Shown here one piece after another: positions 47,727 to 59,102 of a stretch of 64,000 bases of DNA (the stretch's first letter is position 1; every line of letters starts with the position of its first letter). The notes under the pieces were generated by a model. That model was not told the DNA's origin and did not search any database. It was given only the letters and a program-made list of their open reading frames with translations. The stretch is from positions 1,286,816 to 1,350,815 of the forward strand of contig MU004191.1 in NCBI GenBank assembly GCA_010093605.1. The letters run 5' to 3'. The position numbers were made by a program, and so were the translations under genes. The DNA is from Lophium mytilinum. Taxonomy: Eukaryota.

Positions 47727-50700
47727 ATGGCGGATAAAGATACAGAGACGCCTCACTCGCCTTCTCCTGCTCCCGGACGAAGGCAACGCGCCCCTACCAT
47801 CACGATAGACACTTCCGCTGTGAGCAGTAGCAAGCCCGATATGGGCAGTGCCGTTCACCTGGATGACCTCCCGGATAAGCCGTTGTCACAGCAGGGTGCA
47901 CATGATGCAGATCTCTCCTCTCCTACACAACAGCATGCTCCCGCCGGCGAACTACGCGCCGCCAATTCGTTTGACAGTCGAGAAAGCAGACCGACATCAC
48001 CACACAACGTCTCATCGCCAACTTCCCAATGGGGAAAACCGCACAACTTCCTGTCCGTCCCTGGGGCGCGATCGCGCGGCAACTCGTTGGACTCAACGAC
48101 GGAAGTAGGGGAGTCGTCTTCCGGAGGCGCTACATATGTCCCTTCGTCTCAGGGAGAGACGCTAAAAGGAGACGGAGCGAGTGGCGCAATAATCGACGAC
48201 GAGCATGCCCTACAACCTGATCCCGGGACAGAAGACGACTTTGTAGTGAACGACAACAAATTTGCATTTTCTCCTGGACAGATGTCGAAACTCTACAATC
48301 CGAAGAGTTTAGGCGCATTTCACGCATTGGGTGGATTAGCAGGACTTGAGAAGGGCCTGCGAACGAACAGGAAGACCGGCTTGAGTGTCGATGAGCAAGG
48401 CGTAGATGGCTATGTTTCGTTCGAGGATGCGACCACGCAGAGAATATCGGACTCCCCAAGCAAGGACGCGATAGACAAGGACTTCAAACGGAGCGATACC
48501 AGTGTCACCACTAAGTCTATCAAGAAGGAATCCTCTTTCACCGATCGCAGGCGGGTTTTCAGCGACAATCGCTTACCCGAACGGAAAGCGAAGAACATTT
48601 TGCAACTCGCTTGGATAGCTTACAACGACAAAGTCCTCATACTACTTACAATTGCTGCCGTCATCTCGCTAGCCCTAGGTCTGTACGAAACTTTCGGGCA
48701 GACTCACAAAGACGGGGAAGCCCCGGTTGAGTGGGTTGAAGGTGTCGCTATCATGGTTGCTGTGGTCATTGTTGTTGTTGTTGGAGCAGGAAACGATTGG
48801 CAAAAAGAGCGTCAATTCGTCAAACTGAATAGGAAGAAGGAGGACCGGTTCATCAAGGTTGTTCGATCCGGGAAGACTCAAGAAATATCGGTCCACGACG
48901 TTCTTGTGGGAGACGTCGTTCTTCTCGAGCCCGGCGACATGGTTCCTGTTGACGGCATCTTCATCGAAGGCCACGGCGTCAAATGTGACGAGTCATCAGC
49001 TACCGGTGAATCCGACCTCCTTAGGAAAACACCCGCAGACGAAGTCTTTCAAGCCGTGGACAACAACCAGCCTGTTAAGAAAATGGACCCCTTCATTCTT
49101 TCCGGCTCGAAAGTATCCGAAGGCGTTGGTCGTTTCATGGTCACAGCTACTGGTGTTCATTCGACCTATGGAAAGACTATGATGTCACTGCGAGAAGAGA
49201 ACGAGGTCACCCCACTGCAGGCAAAGCTCAACACCATGGCTGAGTACATCGCTAAGCTTGGTGGCGCTGCAGCGCTTCTCCTCTTCGTAGTTCTCTTCAT
49301 CGAGTTCCTTGTAGATCTCCGACACAACAGCGCTGGTCCCGCCGAGAAAGGCCAGAATTTCCTCAATATTTTGATTGTGTCTATCACTGTTGTTGTCGTC
49401 GCGGTTCCGGAAGGTCTTCCTCTCGCTGTCACCTTGGCTTTGGCTTTTGCGACTACGCGAATGTTAAAAGACCATAATCTCGTTCGTGTTTTACGATCGT
49501 GCGAGACCATGGGGAATGCCACTACCATCTGCTCAGACAAAACTGGGACGCTTACCCAGAACAAGATGACCGTAGTCTCCGGGACAGTGGGAACCGCTCT
49601 ACGCTTTGGAGATCAAAAGACGAAAGCAGCGTCCGCAGGGCCTCCTTTGGACGATGGGTCCAAAGGCAAACAGACAGCGGACTCCCCAGTCTACAACTCC
49701 GATGACGTTTCGCCAAAGGAGTTCGTTTCCCACCTTGATTCTGACGTCAAAAATCTACTCGAGCAATCCATTGCTATCAATTCCACCGCATTCGAAGGAC
49801 GAGAAGATGGACGTGATGCTTTCATTGGGTCTAAGACCGAAACTGCCCTCCTTAGCTTCGCTCGCCAGCACCTCGGCATGGGCCCGGTCAGCACTGTGCG
49901 TTCTAACGTAGAAATTGCTCAGCTCATTCCTTTCGACTCCGCGCGGAAATGCATGGGTGTGGTTATCAAGCTGGCCGACGGCAGATACAGACTTCTTGTC
50001 AAGGGCGCCTCCGAGATTCTTTTGGAAAAGTGTACGAGAATTGTCTCGGACGGGACGAAGGAAGTTTCGGACATGCCCATGTCATCGGACAATCGAGAAA
50101 CCCTCGAACAGCTCATATCGACCTACGCTACTCGCTCGTTGCGCACCATTGCCTTGCTCTACCGCGACTTCGAGCAATGGCCACCGAAGGATGTACGTAG
50201 GGTGGAAGACGACCCGACCCAAGCCAATTTCGACGACTTGTTCAACAACATGGTTTTCCTTGGAGTGGTCGGCATTCAGGATCCCCTGCGCGAGGGCGTC
50301 AGTGAAGCCGTCAAGGATTGTCAGCATGCTGGCGTTTTCGTGCGCATGGTTACAGGAGACAATGTCATGACCGCGAAGGCCATTGCCGAGGACTGTGGTA
50401 TTCTGGTCCCTGGTGGCGTCGTCATGGAAGGCCCGGTGTTCAGGAAACTGTCCAAGAAAGACATGGACGCCATCATCCCTAAGCTCTGTGTCCTTGCTCG
50501 ATCCAGCCCCGAGGATAAACGCAAACTAGTCAAGCGCTTGAAAGAATTAGGAGAGACTGTAGCTGTAACTGGAGATGGAACCAACGATGCACCCGCTCTG
50601 AAGACGGCCGATGTCGGCTTTTCCATGGGTATCGCTGGTACTGAAGTCGCCAAAGAGGCATCCGCTATCATACTCATGGACGACAACTTCTCTTCTATCG

Positions 50701-51989
50701 TTAAGGCTCTCCTGTGGGGTCGTGCCGTGAACGACGCTGTCAAGAAGTTCCTCCAGTTCCAAATTACGGTCAACATCACCGCTGTCTTGCTCACATTCGT
50801 TTCCGCCGTCGCCTCTTCCAGCCAAACATCAGTTTTGACCGCCGTGCAGCTTCTTTGGGTCAATCTGATCATGGACACTTTTGCGGCATTGGCACTTGCA
50901 ACAGATCCTCCAACACGAAGCCTCCTGGACAACAAGCCGAGTCCAAAGTCTGCTCCCTTGATTTCTCTAACGATGTGGAAGATGATTATTGGCCAGGCCA
51001 TCTATCAATTGGTCGTCACATTCATACTTCACTTTGCAGGTACCGGAATCTTATCCTATCAATCGGAAGCAGAGAAGAAGAGGATGAACACCCTCGTCTT
51101 CAACACATTCGTGTGGATGCAGATCTTCAATCAGCTCAACAGTCGCCGACTAGACAACCGCTTCAACATCTTTGAGGGAATGACCCGCAACTATTTCTTC
51201 ATCGGCATAAACTGCATTATGATTGGCGGTCAAATATTGATCATCTTCAAAGGTGGAAAAGCGATATCATGTGTACCGCTGAACGGAGCTCAATGGGGCT
51301 ACTCTATTGTATTGGGGTTCCTGTCGCTACCCGTCGGCGTCATCATTCGACTTATTCCTGACGATCTTATCCGCAAGTGCATCCCGGCGTTCCTTAGACG
51401 GAAGCCTACTCCCCAAGTCGTTGTTTCAGATGAAGAATTCCAGTGGAACCAAGGACTTCTCGAAATTCGGGAGGAGCTCGCCTTCATCAAAAAGGTGCGC
51501 GGAGGACGTCTAAGCGGTCTCAAATTCAAAGTTCAGCATCCTCGAGAAGTCTTCTCGCGATCGAGATCTAGCCACTCAATTCCTGGAACGCCAGACAACG
51601 GGAACGACAACACCGACGCTCCCTCGGCTCCTCCAACCCCCGATTCTCGCATGGAATCTCGCGGCCGTCGACGAGGGCGATCGAGGTCCAACTCCGCCTT
51701 TGGGCCAGCGACCGTCATGGCTGGTATCGTTGCTGGTAGCATTGCGGGGTGGTCACCAATTGATCGGGCTCATGGCGAGGGCGATTCGATCCAATTTTCA
51801 CGCAATCGCAGCAGATCTGAACTCGAAGCACAGGATGGCATTGGTGTCCATCCAGACACGAAGTCTACCGATCCTGTTTTCGTCGACAACCAGACGTATG
51901 ATACAGCCCCGAGCCAAAGCAAGGATACCACACCTGCATTCAATATCGGCCCCTTCGCTGGAGATCCAAAGCTAAATGACAAGCCTTGA
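47727..51989 (+). CDS. PMC1: P2B (PMCA-type) vacuolar Ca2+-ATPase, 1420 aa, no intron in CDS
   Basis: TGES, PEGLPL, DKTGTLT, KGASE, TGDN, GDGTNDAPAL, QLLWVNLIMD. Confidence 0.97.
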   Translation: MADKDTETPHSPSPAPGRRQRAPTITIDTSAVSSSKPDMGSAVHLDDLPDKPLSQQGAHDADLSSPTQQHAPAGELRAANSFDSRESRPTSPHNVSSPTSQWGKPHNFLSVPGARSRGNSLDSTTEVGESSSGGATYVPSSQGETLKGDGASGAIIDDEHALQPDPGTEDDFVVNDNKFAFSPGQMSKLYNPKSLGAFHALGGLAGLEKGLRTNRKTGLSVDEQGVDGYVSFEDATTQRISDSPSKDAIDKDFKRSDTSVTTKSIKKESSFTDRRRVFSDNRLPERKAKNILQLAWIAYNDKVLILLTIAAVISLALGLYETFGQTHKDGEAPVEWVEGVAIMVAVVIVVVVGAGNDWQKERQFVKLNRKKEDRFIKVVRSGKTQEISVHDVLVGDVVLLEPGDMVPVDGIFIEGHGVKCDESSATGESDLLRKTPADEVFQAVDNNQPVKKMDPFILSGSKVSEGVGRFMVTATGVHSTYGKTMMSLREENEVTPLQAKLNTMAEYIAKLGGAAALLLFVVLFIEFLVDLRHNSAGPAEKGQNFLNILIVSITVVVVAVPEGLPLAVTLALAFATTRMLKDHNLVRVLRSCETMGNATTICSDKTGTLTQNKMTVVSGTVGTALRFGDQKTKAASAGPPLDDGSKGKQTADSPVYNSDDVSPKEFVSHLDSDVKNLLEQSIAINSTAFEGREDGRDAFIGSKTETALLSFARQHLGMGPVSTVRSNVEIAQLIPFDSARKCMGVVIKLADGRYRLLVKGASEILLEKCTRIVSDGTKEVSDMPMSSDNRETLEQLISTYATRSLRTIALLYRDFEQWPPKDVRRVEDDPTQANFDDLFNNMVFLGVVGIQDPLREGVSEAVKDCQHAGVFVRMVTGDNVMTAKAIAEDCGILVPGGVVMEGPVFRKLSKKDMDAIIPKLCVLARSSPEDKRKLVKRLKELGETVAVTGDGTNDAPALKTADVGFSMGIAGTEVAKEASAIILMDDNFSSIVKALLWGRAVNDAVKKFLQFQITVNITAVLLTFVSAVASSSQTSVLTAVQLLWVNLIMDTFAALALATDPPTRSLLDNKPSPKSAPLISLTMWKMIIGQAIYQLVVTFILHFAGTGILSYQSEAEKKRMNTLVFNTFVWMQIFNQLNSRRLDNRFNIFEGMTRNYFFIGINCIMIGGQILIIFKGGKAISCVPLNGAQWGYSIVLGFLSLPVGVIIRLIPDDLIRKCIPAFLRRKPTPQVVVSDEEFQWNQGLLEIREELAFIKKVRGGRLSGLKFKVQHPREVFSRSRSSHSIPGTPDNGNDNTDAPSAPPTPDSRMESRGRRRGRSRSNSAFGPATVMAGIVAGSIAGWSPIDRAHGEGDSIQFSRNRSRSELEAQDGIGVHPDTKSTDPVFVDNQTYDTAPSQSKDTTPAFNIGPFAGDPKLNDKP

Positions 51990-52708
51990 GCTTGTGGGTC
52001 CTGAACGAACAATCGTCTCACATAAATCATACGTGACCTTTAGATGGTCTGAAAAACTCAAAGGCTTTCCGCTGCTTCGACACCAGCACACGCTAATACC
52101 CACTTGCCTTCATGATCGAGGCCACTACCTTTCCTAATAGTCCGACCCGCTGTACAGTCAAAACTCTCAGGCGCTTTCCGGCTTCTTGCATTGAAACGGC
52201 GAAGAGGAGTTTAATCCAGAGCACGACGGCAGTGCTCACGGCGGAGTCTTTCCTTGATTTATTCGTCCTCTTGTATTACTTTACTTTTTGAACCGGTTCT
52301 TTTGTTAACACACGAGGGCGCGTCGAGGCGAACGATCGTTGGTGATCTGGCATACTTAAGTCCTTTTCCTTGTTGTTGGTTGGCTGGTGGCCGCGATGCC
52401 GTGGAGTGCGATTGGAACATCCACGTGCGCGAATGGGCCCAAAAAGTGCATTGGTGGCCGCGCTGGCTTGTTGTAGCACACAGCTCGCTCGTTGGAAGGT
52501 CTGAATAATATGAAATAGTGCTGCAAATGCACTCGTAAAACTCGAAGCTGTGGTGCTCGCTTGCAGTGATGCTGTGATGTTGATCTCACGTTACAAAGGT
52601 ACTCAGGCTCAATCATCCTGCCCGGAGAAGCCCTAGGCACCTTCTGAGCAGGCCTGAGCCGATAGGGAGAGACAACTTCCGGCTCAATCAGGACCTAGAG
52701 AGAGTCTA

Positions 52709-53797
52709 TCAAGGAACAACGACCGTCTTAACAGAATCCGTCCGCGCCGTCCTAATAGCCGTCTCCAGCTCCTCAAGCGGAAACCGATGCGTAATCAAAT
52801 CCGCAAACCCCAACCGCCTCCCATGCTCCGTCGCGATCTCCACCGTCTTCAGATAAAGCTCCGGCTCAATCCCCACACTCCCAATAATCTGCAAATTATA
52901 ATTAACAATCCTCACCGCATCCACCGGATACACCGCCGTGCCCGAATACAACCCGGCCACCAAATACCGCCCATTCATCCCCAACAACCCCATCCCCTCT
53001 GGAAACGCCTCCGGCACCCCCGCCGCCTCAATCACCACCCCCGCCCCGCGGCCCTCTGTCAGTGCCAGCACCCGCCCCCGCCGCTCCTCGACGGTGGAAT
53101 CCCGCACCGCCATCGTCTCCGTCGCCCCGAGCCGCCGCGCTGCTGATAACCGCGCCGCCGACGACCCCCCTATCACGATTATCCGCCGCGCGCCTGCTAG
53201 GCTTGCGAGCACTACCATCGCCAGCCCCACCGGCCCCGCGCCTTGGATCACGACCTCCTCCCCCGCGACGCTGCTGGCGGCGCCGAGCTTCGCGAACCCC
53301 CGCAGCGCCGTCGGCATCGCGCACCCGAACGCGATCACGGCCTCTGAGCTCGTGGAATCGGGGATGCGGTAGTACAGGTTCCGCGGGCCCAGCGTCGCGA
53401 ACTCGCGGAAGGTGGCGGCGTTGGGGGTGGCGGCGGGCGCGGGCCAGTTGATGTCGGGGCAGAGCATCGGGGTGGAGCGGAGGCAGGCGGCGCAGGTGGT
53501 GCAGGGGGTGGCGGGCAGCCAGGAGAGGCGGTCGCCGATAGTGAGGGGAGTGCCGGCGCGGTCGGTGGTGATGGATGAGCCGAGGGCGACGATGGTGCCG
53601 ACGCCTTCGTGGCCGAAGCAGATGGGGGAGGACGGGGGTGGGTAGTCGCCGGTTAGGCGGTGGAAGTCGCTGCCGCAGACGCCGGCGAGGGTGACGCGGA
53701 TGATGAGGGAGTGGGGAGAGGGGGGTGGGGTAGGGAGGGTGAGGAGCTGGAGGGGGGTGTTGGGGGCGGTGAAGACGATGGCTTTGCCGGAGAGCAT
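52709..53797 (-). CDS. Zn-dependent medium-chain alcohol dehydrogenase (MDR), intronless, 362 aa
   Basis: CGSD, GHEG, structural Zn site CTTCAAC-x7-C, Rossmann motif GAGPVG. ATG at 53797 (MLSGKA). Confidence 0.92.
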   Translation of the reverse strand: MLSGKAIVFTAPNTPLQLLTLPTPPPSPHSLIIRVTLAGVCGSDFHRLTGDYPPPSSPICFGHEGVGTIVALGSSITTDRAGTPLTIGDRLSWLPATPCTTCAACLRSTPMLCPDINWPAPAATPNAATFREFATLGPRNLYYRIPDSTSSEAVIAFGCAMPTALRGFAKLGAASSVAGEEVVIQGAGPVGLAMVVLASLAGARRIIVIGGSSAARLSAARRLGATETMAVRDSTVEERRGRVLALTEGRGAGVVIEAAGVPEAFPEGMGLLGMNGRYLVAGLYSGTAVYPVDAVRIVNYNLQIIGSVGIEPELYLKTVEIATEHGRRLGFADLITHRFPLEELETAIRTARTDSVKTVVVP

Positions 53798-54343
53798 GGT
53801 TGGGAGGGGGGGAGATGGGGTTGAGGATGAATGGGAGTAGGATATAGAATTGCAATAGAGATGGGAAGATGTAGAATTACAATGGAGATAGGAAACCGAA
53901 AGCAAGTTTGTTACCGGTATGGCAAATAGTTAAAAGGTCAATCCATTGTTAGGCCGCAAGTACGCCGAAGAACTCCGGTAGGAATTCGTAAGTAGGGATC
54001 TTACATAGGAGCAAACTTTGGGTAAATATATAAAAGTGTGTAACAGGCCTACTAAGTGCCTCAGCGCCCTCCAAACTGAAAGAGACCTGTTAAACGGCCT
54101 CAAATGAAGACTGGACTGACCCACCTCAGCGCCAGACGTCGACTTAGGGGTAGAAAAGTGGAGTGGACTCGCACCCTAGTACCAAATTTTCGCGAGCGGT
54201 GATACGAACCACGTGCCAGCCACCCGGTCATCCTCCGACATTGGAAAATGTCAGACTCATGGTCATAGAACAAGGGTTCATGTATGCAATAATTTCATCC
54301 GCCTTCCATCAATTCATAGGATCCACCCGGGTTCAGTTGAATA

Positions 54344-54437
54344 TCCTCCCTGGCGCAATTGGCTAGCGCGTCCGACTGTTAATCGGTTTATCCGATCAGC
54401 GATCGGGAGGTTCATGGTTCGAGCCCATGGGGGGGAG
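54344..54437 (+). tRNA. tRNA-Asn(GTT) with 20-nt intron (54382-54401)
   Basis: Acceptor TCCTCCC/GGGGGGA; D arm GCGC-AATTGGCTA-GCGC; anticodon GTT at 54378-54380; T arm CATGG-TTCGAGC-CCATG; downstream T-run terminator. Confidence 0.93.
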
Positions 54438-54639
54438 TTTCTTTTTTGCATCTTTTTGTTTCTCTGCCATACTATAACTCTTAGGAGAGTTGATACGGTA
54501 GCAGAGAGGCGCGCCGGGAAAGCGTGGCTGGGGGAGGGGTGAATGGCATTATTTTTGTGGGCTTGGCGCCCCTCCACTCCCGACCTCACGGTGATATATA
54601 CCAAACAACGCGCCCTCCACGGCTTCATACACGCGCAAA

Positions 54640-55093
54640 ATGTCAACCTCAACAAACAATCACCCCGGGGCCACCGCCTCTACAAATGGTGCGGGCGAAA
54701 AGTCATACTTTGAGCAACAGCGTGAGATGTTGATGGGCGAGGTCGCAATGGTGGGTTTCTTTTTCCCCCCAGCGTTTCATGAAGGATGAGAGCAAATCTA
54801 ACACGTATGCGTACAATAGAGTCTCGATCACGTCCTCCACAACATCAATAAGCTCAATCGCAGCTTGGAAGAGATCATTGGGGTGGGTGGAACCAGCTCC
54901 TGGCGATCTATATCGCGGGTAAGAATACTAGCTAATATAGTTTTAGGTCGGCAACGAGTTCCAGCCTGTCGAAGCGCTGTGGTCGCATTTTGAGAACGTG
55001 ATGGCGAAAGATACGGAGGCGGGGGCTGAAGGGAATGAGGAGGACGGGGAGGATGGTGAGGGAGATACGGTTGTGAAGGAAGAAGGGAAATAA
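54640..55093 (+). CDS. DAD1: DASH/Dam1 complex subunit Dad1, 3 exons
   Basis: [56 protein letters not shown]. Confidence 0.92.
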
Positions 55094-55582
55094 GGCTTGC
55101 GGAACGTGCGATTATTGGGCAGGCTGTTTTATGGCGTTTGAAAGTTGTGATACCCTGTTTGCTTGAGGATGGATTTGCGGACGGGTACTTGGGTAATTAA
55201 GCTTATGGTCATTGGAAGGGGTCGAGTTGACACCAGCAAGACGATCAGAGGCACGATGCATACGGCGGGAGCGTTTATCGAACATCGTTGCAGTAAAGTC
55301 ATGACGCCATGCTCTACGGATACATAAGAAACGGCAGCGCGTCGAGGGCTTCCCTCTCCTCGACCCGAGAAACAGCGCACCATCTCCCTCTTTTGTGCAC
55401 AAGTTCCCCCAGAACGCCCATAAGTATGTATGGTTTCCAATGACGCCATCCCTGGCTATTATGCATAAAACAGAACCCGGAAACATGACCCCTCCTCGAT
55501 CGCTCACCCTAGCATTGTGCATCATGAAATGGAATCGTCAATAGTAGACAAGGAAGAAAAGAGGCCAAAAGGGGTCCAGAAC

Positions 55583-56492
55583 TCAGAGCATCTTACAACT
55601 CCGCGACTTCTTGGACTTTTTAGCTGCGACATAGGCGGGTGTTCCAGCGACCGGCGCAGGCTTGTATTCGTCACCGACTGCCATCGTCACAGCTTGGTCG
55701 AAAATCTCCTCGACGCCGTTCTGCTCTTTGCTGCTGCACTCCATGTAGAGGGCGCCCATCTTCTGGGCCACCGCCTTGCCCTGTTGGGGTGTCACCGGAG
55801 TAAGTCCCTGGGCCTTGAGGAGGTCGATGCAGTGTTTCTTGTGTCGCAGGTCGGATTTGAGGCCGAGGAGCATGAGGGGAGTCGATGGGCAGAAGTGGAG
55901 GACCTCGGGATACCACTGTCCCAGCTGTTAGCCTGGCGTCTTCATTCCTGTCTGTGTTTTGTCTTACCTTGTCCAAGACATTCTCGAGCGAGTTCGGACA
56001 GTCAATGGCGAAGCAGACGAAGAGGATGTCGGTTTCGGGGTAGGAGAGCGGTCGAAGACGGTCGTACTCCTCCTGGCCAGCAGTGTCCCACAGCGCGAGC
56101 TCGACCATCTTCCCTGTCGGTGGGTGCGGTGTGTGGGTAATGTAGTTCTCGAAGACGGTAGGGACATATTTCTGTAAAACGGTTAGCTTGGACGGCGATA
56201 ATCAATTCGCTCTCCATACCTCTGGGAAGTTGCCAGAGCTGTAGCTGATCAACAAACACGTCTTGCCGCAGCCGCCATCGCCCACCACTACAAGCTTCTT
56301 CGAGTACGCGGGCGGCTCGGTGATGTTTGTGCCAGAGGTGCCGTAAGACTCGCGGCCGGTGGAAGATGTGTTGACGGAGCTGACGGTGCCATTGCTAATC
56401 CTCTCGCTCGGCAGCCGCACTGGCTTGCGCTGTGTAGACATGTCGGGGGTGCGGGCAGACGGCTTGCGGCGAAGGTAGTCGAAGTCGGACAT
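55583..56492 (-). CDS. RHO4: Rho-family GTPase Rho4, 3 exons
   Basis: [38 protein letters not shown] box CKML; N-terminal extension typical of Rho4. Confidence 0.93.
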
Positions 56493-57013
56493 TGTCGAGG
56501 TTGGTGCAGTCGACGGGCAGCTGGCCAAGGAGATATCGCGGGATTATACTTCGGGGGGCGGTTGAGATGCAATCAATCAATGTGCGTGTATCAATATGCA
56601 CAGAGAGAAATGGGAGAGGTGAATGTGGGAAGCGATTGTGTTCGTAGATGTGCAGAGCGAGCGGGTGTGGGAGTCGTGATGGAGAGATGTGTTTTTTGGT
56701 GTTGTTGTCCAGCGCAGTTGCTAGAGGAACGATGCATCCCTGCACCCACTTTGCTTCACGTCAGATCGGACCCCGCCGAGGCAGCGGAGGCACTGTGGCA
56801 GCACCACTACCACTGACGCCTCTAGCCGCGCGCCCCCCAGGAGCCCCCAAGCAACATCGCTTGACCCATGCGATGCGCCTTGTCTAACTGCGCGGTGTGA
56901 GACGAGAGCCTCTTGCCTTTCCGCCGCACCTCTGGCCGAGCCCCCGACGATGCGAATCTCCCCTGACCGCTGCCACACCCGCGAAACCACCACCACCACG
57001 AGCGGATGCATCT

Positions 57014-58895
57014 ATGTGCGCACCACGAGACGGGCCCGTCCAGGCCGCAGGGGAGCCGGAGGTGCTGCCTCCCGCCGACTTCAAGAGCCAGCGCCCTGAT
57101 GCTGGCATGAGACACCACGATCATTGTGCGTCGAGCGCCCCGGGCTTACGTGAAGAAATTCGCAGCTGCTAACTGCCGGACTGAACAGACGCCCTCCGCC
57201 TCCCAGAATGGCGCAACAAGCTGCGCAAGTGTCTGATTCCCATCGTCCGCTGGGAGACGCCCTATCTGGCCTTCATGCAAGACAAGATGCGGACGCCCGC
57301 CCTCGATTCCTACTTCGCCTTTACCGCCAATCTAGGAACTCACACCTTCTTTATGGTTATGCTCCCGATTCTGTTCTGGTGCGGATACACGAGCATGGGA
57401 AGAGCAATGGTGCACGTGTTGGCGGCCGGCGTCTTCTGGAGTGGCTTCGTTAAGGATATGCTGTGTCTCCCACGGCCTCTCTCCCCTCCCCTTCAGAGGA
57501 TCACCATGTCTGGATCTGCAGCTCTCGAGTATGGGTTTCCTTCGACGCACTCAACCAATGCCGTTTCTGTGGCTGTGTATGCTATACAAATGCTGCAGTC
57601 CACCCCTGAAACGCACTACCCAACTCTCTATCTAGCATTGCAGGTGCTCTTCTACTTCTATGCCATCTCCATCATTTTCGGCAGGCTCTACTGCGGAATG
57701 CACGGCTTTTTTGACGTTGTTCTCGGGAGTCTTCTCGGCGCCGGACTTTCTGTCATTCAAATCCTCTATGGAGACGCCTTTGACAATTGGATATGTCAAG
57801 ACTCCTACACACACCCTTTGATTGCCACACTAATTATCCTTGTTCTGGTCCGCATTCACCCAGAGCCTGCCGATGACTGCCCCTGTTTCGACGACAGCGT
57901 TGCCTTTGCTGGAACCGCAATTGGGGTTCAGGTGGGGGCTTGGCACTTCGCAAGCACCGGACTCGCATGGGATTACCCAATACCTTCTACTGTCCCTTTC
58001 GATCTTGAGAACATTGGGCTTGTGAAAGCCACCATCCGCATTTCTCTAGGCGTTGTGGTCATCTTTGCTTGGCGAGGCATCATGAAGCCTGCGATGTTGA
58101 AGATTCTACCGCCCATTTTCAGAGTACTCGAGGATGCGCGTCTCAGTCTACCCAGAGCTTTCTTCTTAACAGCTTCGTAAGCGTTTCATTCTATTCGGGC
58201 TGCCTTTCTAACAGCAACCATTACAGTCAATATACTAGTGTGCCAAAACTACATGGAGACGACAACGTGATCCCGTCAGCATCCGACATTCCACGACTTT
58301 TAACAAATCTTCGTCATCCCCGGCAAAGATCAGTCTCCGTGGGCCCTCAATCAGCAGCGGACGCTTATGAAACGCTTGCTTACCGCAACAAACGACGAAG
58401 AGAGAGCCTCACATCAGACGCCGAGAAGACACCTATCAATGTAACTGGGAGCATTCCTGAAGGCTACGGGATTTCGACAAATTCAAAATATCCACCCAAC
58501 ATACGCACAAATGTGCCACTGGGAGCGGATCTACTACCGACGCCAATATCTTCTCGCGTCCACTCATATGAGCAAATGATGGGCAGTGGGGAGGTGATCG
58601 CGTCACCGGGCACCCCACCGTACGGCGAAGCTAGCTATGAAAACGTTGATAAGACAGCAGGGGTCGACGGGTCGGATGATGAGAAAGAAGACCGTGAGAT
58701 ATTCTTGAAGCTTGAACGGCCTCGAGTGAGATACGACGTCGAAGTGATCACGAAGCTCATTGTATATACGGGTAAGTGCTCGTACTGGTCGAGCTCGTTC
58801 TGTGTCTAACGCGTGTTACCACAGGCATCGCATGGTTAGCGGTAGAAGGGAACCCTCTTCTTTTCGAGGTGTGCGGCCTGGGGATGACTGTTTAG
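57014..58895 (+). CDS. LCB3: Sphingoid long-chain-base phosphate phosphatase (PAP2 family)
   Basis: KDMLCLPRP, EYGFPSTH, GRLYCGMH, HPEPADDCPCFDDS, RYDVEVITKLIVY. Start codon position is tentative. Confidence 0.9.
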
Positions 58896-59102
58896 TATTT
58901 GAATGCTGCTGTGGGTGTGACGCAGCAACTGACATGTTAGTTGTACACGTAAACATGATGTTGGCGTTTGGAGCGTCGGCTTTTCGTCTCAGGAAGATCA
59001 GTAGTAATAATAGATGCTAGGCCAACAAGGCTCGTGCGCATACTTGCATCATAGCTCTCTTCAACTTAAAGTGACGGACACACTACAGGAGGCCCTCTCT
59101 AC

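Noticed and set aside
50321..53855. Long antisense or alternative-frame ORFs over PMC1 and the ADH
   Set aside because: Shadow ORFs arising from biased codon usage of the real genes.
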